From the NCBI RefSeq assembly GCF_006345805.1, contig NC_043020.1, positions 15,872,001-15,936,000 of the forward strand: a stretch of DNA of 64,000 bases. Reading direction: 5' to 3'. A program made the translations under genes and the position numbers. The DNA comes from Octopus sinensis (Eukaryota). The notes under the pieces were generated by a model. That model saw only the letters and a program-made list of their open reading frames with translations, made no database searches and was not told where the DNA came from. Below, in pieces: positions 37,176-49,500 of the stretch (within the stretch, counting starts at the first letter, position 1; each line of letters opens with the position of its first letter).

Positions 37176-38585
37176 CTAAAGAGGAGGAAAGAGACTGGAA
37201 GAGGGCACTTTTGATGTCCCCTGTGCTGATGCTATGTAAAAACCACCTGTGATGGTGCCACATAAATAGCACCCATGCTAATACAACATAAAAAGCATCG
37301 ATGCTGGTGTCACATAAAAAGCATCCAATGCACTCTGTAAAGTGATTGACATTGGGAAGGGCATCCAGCCACAGAAACCATGCCAAAACAGATAACTGGA
37401 GCCTGTCAAACCATCCAACCCATACCAGCATGGAAAATGGACGTTAAATGATGATGATGATGATATGGTTGAATAGTCCAGTCCTTTGTGTAGGTCTTTC
37501 TCGTGGATTACTCTAGACAAATTGTTCTCAACCAGGGTTCATATGACCTTCAGGGGTCCACCTAAGATTTTGCTGTTAAAATTTATTTGCAATAATCTGG
37601 TTATACTTCTACAATACACAAAATATTTCAATAATTATTTTAATACAATTCCTAATAATGTTTAATGATAAACATATAATAGCATTTTTTTAAACATTGA
37701 ATGGTTATGGGTGTCCACATGAGTAAAATAGAAATAAGAGTCCTATAGGTAAAAAAACTGAAAGAAGACTATTGTGTGCATGTGAGTGTGTGGTGGGGTA
37801 CGTTTGTGTCCCCTTGCTTTGACATTGCATGATAGTTGTAAACAAGTGCTACTGTCAGACAAGCAGTGTTGTTCATTTTGGATATTCTGTGAGAACATAT
37901 CAGCCAATGGGGAAATATATATGACCTTATAACACTGCTAAGAGATAGGTGAGGGTTAGTGACAGGAAAAGCATCCAGCTGTAGAAAATCTGCCTCAGTA
38001 AATTCTGTCTGACCTCTGCTGAGCATGACGAGACTCCCTTCGGTCATAGATGACCATGGGATTGCACCTAGAAAGTTACCCTCCGAGACATTAGTCTGGG
38101 CAAGGTTGTTTGTAGAAGGCCAGCAGTCGCCCATGCATACCAGCCTCCTGTCACAACACAACCAATGTTATCCAAGGGAAAGGCAGAGGCCAATACAGCT
38201 TGGCACCAGTGATGTCGCAACTCATTTCTACAGATGAGTGAACTGCAGCAACGTGAAATAAAGTGTCTTGCTGAAGAACACAACACGCAGCCCAGTCAGG
38301 GAATCAAACTGATAACCTCACGATCATAAACTCGACGCTCTAACCACTGAGCCATGCACCTTCACAAGCACGTAAAAGTGCACGATCAACCAATGATGAT
38401 GATGAGGAGGAGGAAAAAGAAAATGACGATGATATCCGTATTTTTTGTTGACCTACTTTCACTCTATGTAACCTGACTTTTGTGTGTTTGTATTTAATTC
38501 TTGTAACTGTTCCCAGTGTGTTAAGCCCTTGTGGCCAATAAAAGAAATCATTACTATGATACTTGTAATAATAATAATTTCCTAC

Positions 38586-38666
38586 TTCATAAGATATCTC
38601 CTTGTTAGATTGGCATTTTAAGTAGATTACTACATAAACAGCGAAGATAATAATTTTTTTGTTTCT
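38586..38666 (-). CDS. Candidate exon of M2 (RNKKIIIFAVYVVIYLKCQSNKEISYE)
   Basis: Acceptor aaatacttag|, donor GAA|gtagga, phase 0-0, 81 nt open. Confidence 0.42.
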
Positions 38667-39118
38667 CTAAGTATTTCACAAGAAAAAAAATATTCAACAA
38701 ACAAAAAGCAAAAACAAACAAACAAACAAAAACAAAACTCTTCATTCATCCGGTCATTGTTTTGTTGATTTTGGGATTGTTTTTATTTGTGTTACATATG
38801 TTTTCTATTTTTTTTGTTTTATTTATTTATTTAACAAAATTTATTCATTTATTGTTTTTAAGTATTTCAGCTCCCAACTGGTTCAGATTGTTATGTTTTG
38901 TGCTGGCTAATTTCGAGAAGTTAATTTAAAATATAATGAGGGACACTAAAAGAAAAAGAAAAAAAAAAAACTACAATAACCACAATAAAAACAATAACAA
39001 TCACAATAATAATAATTATAGTAATAACAACAATAATTATAATAGTTTTTTTTCCTTCAACCAATTGATAATCAATAATCAAATAAAATGTAACAAAACA
39101 AAAACATAAAACCCTTAC

Positions 39119-39169
39119 AAATCCAATTTTGCCAGCAGAGAACAAGAAGTACCATAATTTTATAATCAT
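39119..39169 (-). CDS. Candidate exon of M2 ([17 protein letters not shown]): either an ATG start or an exon with an AA acceptor
   Basis: Donor |gtaagg at phase 0; a long polypyrimidine tract ends in AA, not AG, directly before the ATG. Confidence 0.38.
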
Positions 39170-39268
39170 TTAAAAAAAAAAGATAAAAACAAAAAGAGAA
39201 AATATTTTATAGAATACATTTGTAATTTACATACACACACATATATATATATATATATACAGACATAC

Positions 39269-39309
<41 letters not shown>

Positions 39310-40525
39310 CACAGACATACATATATATATATATACATACACAGACATACATATACATAATATATACACAGACATATACATATATACATATACACAGACA
39401 TACATATACATATATACATATACACAGACATACATATACATATATACATATACAGACATACATATACATATATACATATATATACATATATACACACACA
39501 CATATATATATAAAGACACACACACACACATATATATATATATAGACACACATATATATAATATATATATATACAGACACGCACACAGACACACACACAC
39601 ATATATATATTGATTGATAGATAGATAGATAGATAGATAGGTAGATATACATATACACATGTATATATAAACATATATATATGTATATGTGTGTGCATGT
39701 ATATGTATGTAGCTTACGTTTTAACACTTATTGATTTATATTTGGGGCCTTTTGTTTGTGGTTTGTCATTTTGAATATTGTTTCTTTTAGCATATATCTA
39801 CTTTTTTGGCAGTTTCTGGTAAGGAATTCTAAGTTTCTTTGTTTTTTATTTATTATTTTATCTTTTTTTTGGTTCTTTCTTACTAAATAAATAACAGTTA
39901 TATTTTCTGGGTAAATTTGTTTCCAAGGAAGATAAAATAAAAAAATAAAAAAACCAACCAAAACCCTCCAAACAACATACGAAAACACAAAACTAGCAAA
40001 GTGCAGAAGAATAAAAGATGTAATTGAGTTGCAAACTACTTCATTTTCGTTAAGGAAATATAATCACTGAGCTGAGGAGAGCGAGAAAAAATGAAAGAAT
40101 GGGGAAGAAAAACAAAGAAATTATTAAGTTTTCTGCAAAACGAAAGGTAGACGTTAGGTCTGGTTATGAAATATAATGCAAAATCATTCTGTATTGGTAT
40201 GTGTGTGTATGAGTGTAGTGGAAGTGAAAAAGAGATGGCAGAGAGAGAGGGGGGGGGTGGAGAGAGAGAGGTGTTGATATAAAAAGGGAGGGAGAAAGGA
40301 GAGCATAAGGGAATGGTAACAGGTAGTTGGGGAAAAGGGAGAGGAGGAGATGAAGAATTGAAACAAAGACGAGAAGGAAAGGAAATATGAATGAAGGAAA
40401 GAATATTAAAAAGTGACGTGTGTGTGTGTATATATATACACATATATATATATACACACACACACACACATATATACATATATATACATATACATATATA
40501 TACATATACATATATATACATATAC

Positions 40526-40562
<37 letters not shown>

Positions 40563-40711
40563 CATACACATATATACATACACATATATACATACACATA
40601 TATACATACACATATATACATACACATATATACATACACATATATACATACATATATATACATACACATATATACATACATATATATACATACATACATA
40701 TACATACATAC

Positions 40712-40746
<35 letters not shown>

Positions 40747-41696
40747 CAAACACATATATACAAACACATATATACATACACATATATACATACACATATA
40801 TACATACACATATATACATACACATATATACATACACATATATACATACACATATATACATACACATATATACATACATATATATATATATGCACATATA
40901 CATGCATACATATGTACATACAAGGGTATTGACCCCCTTTGGTCAAGACTGACCATGGGATTGCACCTAGAAAGTCCCTTTCCAAAACACATGTCCTGGC
41001 AAGATTGTTTATGGAAGACCAGCTGTCACCCATGCTTACCATCCTCCCCTCTCCACACCACTGATGTTATCCAAGACAAAAACTGGTACAGCTTGACAGC
41101 AGTGACGTTGCAACTCATTTCTACACCTGAAATAAAGTGTCTTTGTAAGCCTAGTACTTATTCTATTGGTCTCTTTTATCAAACTGCTAAGTTATGTGGA
41201 CTTAAACACACCAACATCAGATGTCAAGTGATGGTGGGGGAACAAACACAGGCATACAAATATATATATATACACGACTTCTTTCAGTCTCTAAATCTAC
41301 TCAAGGCTTTGGTCAGCCCGAGGATACAGTACAAGACTCTTGCCTAACGTGCCACACAGTGGGACTGAAACCAGAACCATGTGGTTGGGAAGAAAGCTTC
41401 TTACCACACAACTTATTTTTTTACTGCCCACAAAGGGCTAAACACAGAGGGGACAAACAAGGATAGACAAACGGATTCTTACATCGACTCCAGTGCGTAA
41501 CTGGTACTTATTTAATCGATTCCAAAAGGATGAAAGGCAAAGTCGACCTCGGCGGAATTTGAACTCAGAACGTAGCAGCAGACGAAATACCACTAAGCAG
41601 TTCGACCGGCATGCTAACGATTCTGCCAGCTCGTCGCCTTACCACACAACCATGCTTGCACACAAACACACACACACACACATATATATATACATA

Positions 41697-42089
41697 TAAA
41701 ATGTATACATAGAATATTAGATATGTACGTATATACACAAGGGCACTACATGAGCACCTGCATCACTAAAAACAGAAGTCAAAAATACTTCTGTACCACC
41801 GAATAGTCACAAATCTATTACAGACAAGATAGGAAAAAATATCAGTGAACAATAATAACGTCTTACCTCTACTGGGTCAGAACAAGTAAATGCTTGTTCT
41901 GACCCAGTAGAGGTAAGACGTTATTATTGTTCACTGATATTTTTTCCTATCTTGTCTGTAAAAGATTTGTGACTATTCGGTGGTACAGAAGTATTTTTGA
42001 CTTCTATTTTTAGCGATGTAGGTGCTCGGTGTTCATGTAGTGCCCGTGTGTATACATGTACATATCTAATATTGTATGTATATATTTTA
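41697..42089. repeat. Long near-perfect inverted repeat (~190-bp arms, 6-nt loop at 41887-41892)
   Basis: Arms reverse-complement by eye, e.g. aacgtcttacctctactgggtcagaacaag / cttgttctgacccagtagaggtaagacgtt. Confidence 0.95.
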
Positions 42090-42381
42090 TTAATTTGCCT
42101 GTACAGCTGATAATTCGCTTGCCACTTGTGATGGTATTTTAACAATACCATCTCTCTATATATATATATACAGTTAATCCAAACATGAACAAAGAGAAAA
42201 CATAACAATGCTTGGACGTGGAACAAGTATAGTGTTTTTGGACACTCGGGAAAAGAAAGAAAGGAGGAGGATTTAACGTTTCGAGCGGAGCTCTTCATCA
42301 GAAACATAGAAAAAGGAAAGGTCCAAGGAAGGGAAGAGAGAGGAAAAAAAAAAAGAAAATCGCCGATACACACACAGTCAC

Positions 42382-42421
<40 letters not shown>

Positions 42422-44659
42422 AGGGTAAAATTAATTAATTAATCAATTTCACCAAGAGGAAGCCAAAAGGGTATGCTCCCACTTTCAGTGTTTTCAAATC
42501 CAAACCAGGGAGTTCTGAGCTGATGATAGAAATGTCGACTTTGACTAATCTTGAAACGTACGTTCTCAAATAACCTTTGCACTTGATTTTTTAATGTCTC
42601 TACCCCCATATTTGAGTGAGTTGAATTGAGCAAACACTATATGAGAGAGGTTTTCTTTAAGTATTAGAAATAGTTTTAAAAAAGTTTTTTTAGCTGCTAT
42701 TTCTAATGAGTTCAGTATGCGGCAAAGTAATTTATTTTACTAAGCCCCCTTTTATATAATGTAATATATATATATATATATATATATATATCTTTATTGC
42801 CCACAGGGGGCTAAACACAGAGGGGACAAACAAAGACAAATAAAAGGATTAAGTCGGTTACATTGACCCCAGTGCATAACTGGTACTTATTAATCGACCC
42901 CGAAAGGATGAAAGGCAAAGTCGACCTTGGTAGAATTTGAACTCAGAGCGTAACGGCAGACGAAATACCGCTAAGCATTTCGCCCGGCATGCTAACAATT
43001 CTGCCAGTCGCCGCATTACATTATATATTACATTATATATATAACATTAAATATACATGCACACTCTACTGGGAGGTTAGTGTTTGGAAGGGCATCCAAC
43101 TGTAAAAACTCTGCCAAAACAGACATGAAGCCTGGTGCAGGTTTCTGCTTGGTTGGCTCCTGTCAAACTGTCCTACCCACGCTAGCATTAAATGATGATA
43201 ATAGTGATGAGACACACAGACACACACACACAGACATACATAAACATAACACATGCCAGCATGAAATATAGACATTAAATGATGATGATAATGTACATAC
43301 ATACATATATATATATATGTGAGTGTGTGTACATATTAGTGTGTGTTTATGTGTGAATGTTTGCTTCTATATATCCTTATATTGGCACTATTTGTTTGAG
43401 TTTCTCATAAACGATGATGTCCTCTATCTCAATGGTTTCGTCTCGTTTTCAAACAACTGATGAGCAGTGGAATCAAGGTAAAAGAGAATGCTGCCTTGCC
43501 ATATCTTATCCAAACCATGCCAGCATGGAAAGTATGGTCGTGATGCTAATGATAACAGTTATGTTGATGATGATAATGATAATGCTGATGATAACACTAT
43601 GTAACAGGATTTTTGTTCTTGGGTAGCAACTGTTATTCCCTATTTGCTTACCCCTAGAAAGTATGAAAAATAGTTAATGTTTCCTTCAAATTTTGCTTTT
43701 GTTACATCTATTCAAACCCCAAAGAATCCCCCTCAACACATGGCTATGATGCTCCCCAACTACTTTTACTCATCATCAGAGATGCACGTATTGTCAGCTC
43801 AAGTGGTTGGCAAGCAAATCTCTGGTATTGAGCAGAATATTTGCTATAACAATATTTCTGCTTCAGCAACTCAGTGCTGAATCTGTCTGAAATGTAATGG
43901 AAAATAGGTCAGTTTCAAAACATTGATGTCCAAGTCACAAAAGCAAAGTTTGAAGGGAATGGTGGTCATTGCCTTTGTTTTCTAGATAGAAGCAAATAGG
44001 AAATAACACTTACTGAACCCCCCCCCCCAAAAAAAAGAATGAAATGCAAAATTTTTATGAATAAACAGATATTTTAGGTTTTCCAAGTACAAGCATACTT
44101 CAACTTGTATTATTTTTGATTTACATCTTTCTCAATTTAAGCTTTTTTCTTGTTTTAAAAAATTAATGGGAAAAAAATCTAAACCTTAGCTTCAGTCAAA
44201 TTTATTCAATTTTACATGAGATTCAGCAAACATATTCAAAAGTATAAAAAATTTTTAAAAAACACCTAAAAACCAATACTGAATTGGAAAATCTAATAAA
44301 ATACATGAGAAAATATGTACAAACCATTTATTAAAACAGATATAAGCCAATAAATTTTTTACAATGTGTTTTCATGGTATGTCTTTTTTCAAGTTAAATT
44401 GTATATTTTGAAACTAGTTATAAATACATGTTGAGACTTGCTTTTGGTTATCTTTTAATTATTTTAGTCATTAGACTGCGGCCATACTGGGGCACCGCCT
44501 TGAAGAATCGAGTCTAGTAATTAATTTTTAAAGTCTGGAACTTATTCTATCAGACACTTTTGTCTAACCAACTAAGTAACAGGGATATGAACACACCAAC
44601 ACCAGTTGTCAAGCTGTGGTGGGGGACAAACACAGACACCCCCACCACACACATATATA

Positions 44660-44698
<39 letters not shown>

Positions 44699-46323
44699 CT
44701 GTGTGAAAAAGTGTCACACCCTAGCGGTTGAGGGAACCTGTGGAAGAGGTAGACCCAGGAAGACCTGGGATGAGGTGGTGAAGCACAACCTTCGAACATT
44801 AGGTCACACCAAGGCAATGACTAGTGACCGAGACCTTTGGAAATATGCTGTGCTTGAGAGGATGCAGCAAGCCAAGTGAGACTATAACTCGTGGCCTATG
44901 CCAGTGGTGAAACCAGCCCATTTATGCATACCTTTCATTCATTGGACACTAAACTCTACATACAAACACCTGTTGAGGCAAGTGAAATCGAAATCAAATT
45001 CAATGACAGCACTGCATGACTGGCGTCCGTGCTAGTGAAGCGCTAAGAGCATCATCTGAGCATGACCATTGCCAGGGCCGCTGACTGGCTCCTGTGCTGG
45101 TGGCACGTAAAAAGCACCATTCGAGCATGATCGTTACCAGTGTCACCTTACTTGTGACAGTGGCACATGAAAAACAACATTCGAGCAATGTCGTTGCCAG
45201 TGCCACTGGACTGGCTCTTGTGTAGGTGACGCGTAAAAAATACTATTTGAGCATGGCTGTTGCCAGTACCACCTGACTGGCCCTCATGCCAGTGGCATGT
45301 AAAAGCACCCACTACATTCTCGGAGTGGTTGGCATTAGGAAGGCCATCCAGCTGTAGAAGCTCTGCCAGATCAGATTGGAGCCTGGAGCAGTCATCTGGC
45401 TCGCCATTCCCCAGTCAAACTGTTCAACCCATGCCAACATGGAAAGCGAATGTTAAATAATGATGATGATGATGATGATGATGATGATAATGATGATATA
45501 TACACACATATATATATATTCATACACACAATAGGCTTCTTTCAGTTTCTGTCTACGAAAGACCCACTTGCAAGGCTTTGGTTGGCCTGAGGCAATTGCA
45601 GAAATACTTACCCAAGGTACCACACAGGGGTACTGAACCCAGAACCATATGGTTGGGAAGCAAACTTCTTAACCACACAGCCACTCAAGGTTGATTTTTG
45701 CCTTTCCTTCTTTCAGGGTCAGTCATATAAGTGCCAATATGTCCTGGGGTCGATGTAATTGACTTACCCTCACCCTCAAAACTGCTGGCCTTCAGCCAAA
45801 ATTTGAAATCATTATTATCAGTAGTAGTAAGGTGGGAAGCTGGCAGAATCGTTAGCATCCCAGGTGAATTACTTAGAAATGTAGTGACAGACAAACTACT
45901 GCTGAGTTCAAATTCTGCTGAGGTTGACTTTACCTTTCATCGTTTCGGGATCAATAAAATAAGCACCAGTTGATCACTGGGGTTGATGTAATCAGCTTAC
46001 CCAAGCCCCCAAAATTGCTGGCTTTGTGCCAAAATTTGAAATCACTATTATTATTTTTATTTCTATTATTTATATATGAGTATGTATGTTTGTGTATGTA
46101 CAGTACATATATATATATATATTAACATATGATATATATTTATGCATGGGTGTGTGTGTGTGTATGTCCATGTATGCGTGTGTATATGTATGTATGCAAA
46201 GATGTTAAAGTGTATATGTTTGTATGTCTGTTTGAATACTTAATTTCAACTAGACGCTAGTTGAAAACAAACCAAAAAAATAGAAAAGAAAAGAAAAACA
46301 GAAAGAGAAAATGTCCTTCAAAC

Positions 46324-46530
46324 ATTCGTAAAGTTTAAGCACAAAAGCTGAGAAAACTTTGCAGACATTGTTTAACAAAGCTGAAAAATAAGATTTTTGT
46401 TTTGAACAAAACTAAATAAAATAAAATAAATAGATAATAAAATTGAAAATATTTGATTATCATTAAGTGTAAATTTAAATATTTCTCGTAAAAATACTTA
46501 ATCCGTCTATTTCAGCATTTCTTTTTTCAC
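46324..46530 (-). CDS. Two candidate exons, 46498-46530 (GEKRNAEIDGL) and 46324-46380 (LLNNVCKVFSAFVLKLYE)
   Basis: Acceptors ctgtttttccag| and cttatttttcag|, donors |gtattt and |gtttga (weak); both phase 1-1; 117-nt AT-rich intron. Confidence 0.42.
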
Positions 46531-49500
46531 CTGGAAAAACAGAACCATCATCATCATCATTTAGCGTCCGTTTTCCATGCTAGCATGGGTTGGACGGTTC
46601 AACTGGGGTCTGTGAAACCGGAAGGCTTCATCAGGCCCAATCAGATCTGGCAGTGTTTCTACGGCTGGATGCCCTTCCTAACGCCAACCACTCCGTGAGT
46701 GTAATATTTAATAGAAATTATAAAAAGGTGCAAGCATGGCTATGTGGTAAGAAGCTTGCTTCCCAACCACATGGTACCAGGTTCAGTCCCACTGTGTGGC
46801 ACCTTGGGCATGAGTCTTCTATAGCCTCAAGCTGATTAAAGCCTTGTGAGTGGATTTGATAGACAGAAACTGACAGGAGCCTGTTGTGTATATATACATC
46901 AGCAGATGATGCACACTTTGCTTAACCAAGAGGGCAAGAATCCCAAAATGTTTGTTTGGTCCAGGGGGCCTTCATTATCATCACCATCATTTAATGTTCG
47001 TTGTCCATGCTGGCATGGGTTGGACAATTTGACTAGGCTGGCATGCAGGAAGGCTGTGCCAGGATCCACTCTGATTTGGCATGGTTTTCTATGGCTGGAT
47101 GTCCTTCCTAACACCAACTACTCCAAGAGTGCAAAAGGTGCTTTTATGTACCACTGGTATGGGTGCCATTTGCATGACATTGATATCTGCCACAACTATG
47201 ATTTTGCTTGGCTTGATGGGTCTTCTTCTCAAACATGACATAATGCCAAAGGTTTTGGTCATTGCTTCCGTGAGGTCCAACATTTAAGAGGAATTCAGCC
47301 ACTTTGCCTCCATGAGGTCAAAACGCTTGAAAGGAACTCACTCACTCAAAAAGTTAAGTGTTTAGTCAGTGCCCTCATGTTAATAAATTCATGTTGGAAA
47401 CATGGAATACCCTGACTTGTTAATAAGTGAACAGAAAACATACATAAACTGAACCTTTAATACACAACTTTTACCATTCAAAAGGATATATTTCAATCTC
47501 TCCCAGAAGCGTTTTTTATTTCACCACCACACTGATTAAGACTACCTCCATTAGGAAAGAATTTATGAGCTTTCAGCTGGTAAGTCGAATGATTTGCCTA
47601 TGCAGCTAAGAGCAATTACAGGCATGAAACCAATGGTCACTTTCTGACTGGCCATAACAAATGATTACAGAAGAGGCTCCTGGTTATCTAAAAAAAGTTT
47701 TTTTTTTATACAAAGCCATGGGGAAGGCAGCTCTTCTAGGAGGAAGGTACTCTGACATAAAACTTGCACTCAAAAACCAGTCATCTTGCAAAGCTGTCAC
47801 TGGAACCAACAGTGGCAACTGAGAGAGTGACAAAAGTGTTGTCCAAGCTTTCACCACTTAAATTCAGTGATGTACAGATGTTACACTATCAGGCGCAGGT
47901 GTGGCTGTGTGGTAAGAAGCTTGATTCCCAACCACATGGCTTCAAGTTCAGTCCCACTGTGCAGTACCTTGGGCAAGTGTCTTCTACTAAAGCTTTGGGC
48001 CAACCAATGACTTGTTAGTGTATTTGGCAGATGGAAACTGAAAGAAGTCAATCATATATATATATATATATATATATCATCATCATTTAATGTCTGTTGT
48101 CCATGTTTGCATGGGTTGGACGGTTTGACAAGGACTTGCAAGCTGGGAGGCTGCACCAGACTCAAGTCTGTTCTGGCAATGCTTTTACATCTGTATATGC
48201 CCTTCCTAACACCAACCACTTCAAGAGTATAATGGGCACTTTTATGTGCCACTGGCATGGGTGCCATTTGCATGACACTAGTATCTGCCACAACTGTGAT
48301 TTCACTTGACTTTATGGGTCTACTTCTGAAGCACAGCATAATGCCAAATGAACTCGGTCATCGGCTCTGTGAGGCCCAATGCTTGAAGCACTGTATAATG
48401 CCAAATGGTCACAGCCCTTGCTTCTGTGAGGCCCAATGCTTGAAAGGGGCTTTTACGGGCCACTGCATGGGTACCCATTTGCATGACACCAGTATCTGTC
48501 ATGACTGCAATATCACTTGGCTTGATGGGTCTTCTTCTCAAGCACAACATAATGCCAAAGATCTCAGTCATTGACTCTGTGAGGCTCAACATTTGGAAGG
48601 AGCTGAACCACTTTACCTCTGAGAGGCTCAATACCTGAAAGGTACGTTTTATGTGCCACCGGCACGAGTGCTGGTCATGCAACACCAGCATCAGCAACAA
48701 CTGCGATTTCACTTTGCTTGATGTGTCTTCCCAAGGACAGCATGTATATATATATATATAAAAATACACAACGGGACAAGAATGCAAAACATCGGGACAG
48801 CTAGGTGATACAAAAAGAGACAACAAAACATCCAGATAGATGATACAAGGAAAACAAGGATGGGTCATTCGAAGTTTTCTTTCCTCAGTCAAGCACCAGA
48901 TTATACTTGATATTTCGGCTGATTATAATTGAGATTGCTCCAATCTGGCCAGCCCCAAGGGAAAACTAAGCTGAGAGCATTAGATTTCTTGGAAGAAAGC
49001 AGCGAATGTATACAAAAACAAGGACGGAAAAAGAAAACGGACAATGTTATACAAATACAATAAAAATAATAACAGAACAGAGAAATGCATGCTGCAATTG
49101 TGGTTGAAAAATAACCACTTTATTTTTAATATTTTATCACAATTATTTAATACAAAAAAATCTACCAATAACTCTTTTAAGTACTGAGTACAAGGAAAAA
49201 GTACAGCAGGAGTGGCTGTGTGGTAAGTAGCTTGCTAACCAACCACATGGTTGCGGGTTCAGTCCCACTGCATGGCATCTTGGGCAAGTGTCTTCTGGTA
49301 TAGCCCCGGGCCGATCAATGCCTTGTGAGTGGATTTGGTAGACGGAAACTGAAAGAAGCCTGTCGTATATATGTATATATGTATGTGTGTGTATATGTGT
49401 GTGTGTTTGTGTGTCCCCTCAACATCACTTGACAACCGAAACTGGTGTATTTACATCCCCGTAACTTAGCGGTTCGGCAAAAGAGACCAATAGAATAAGT

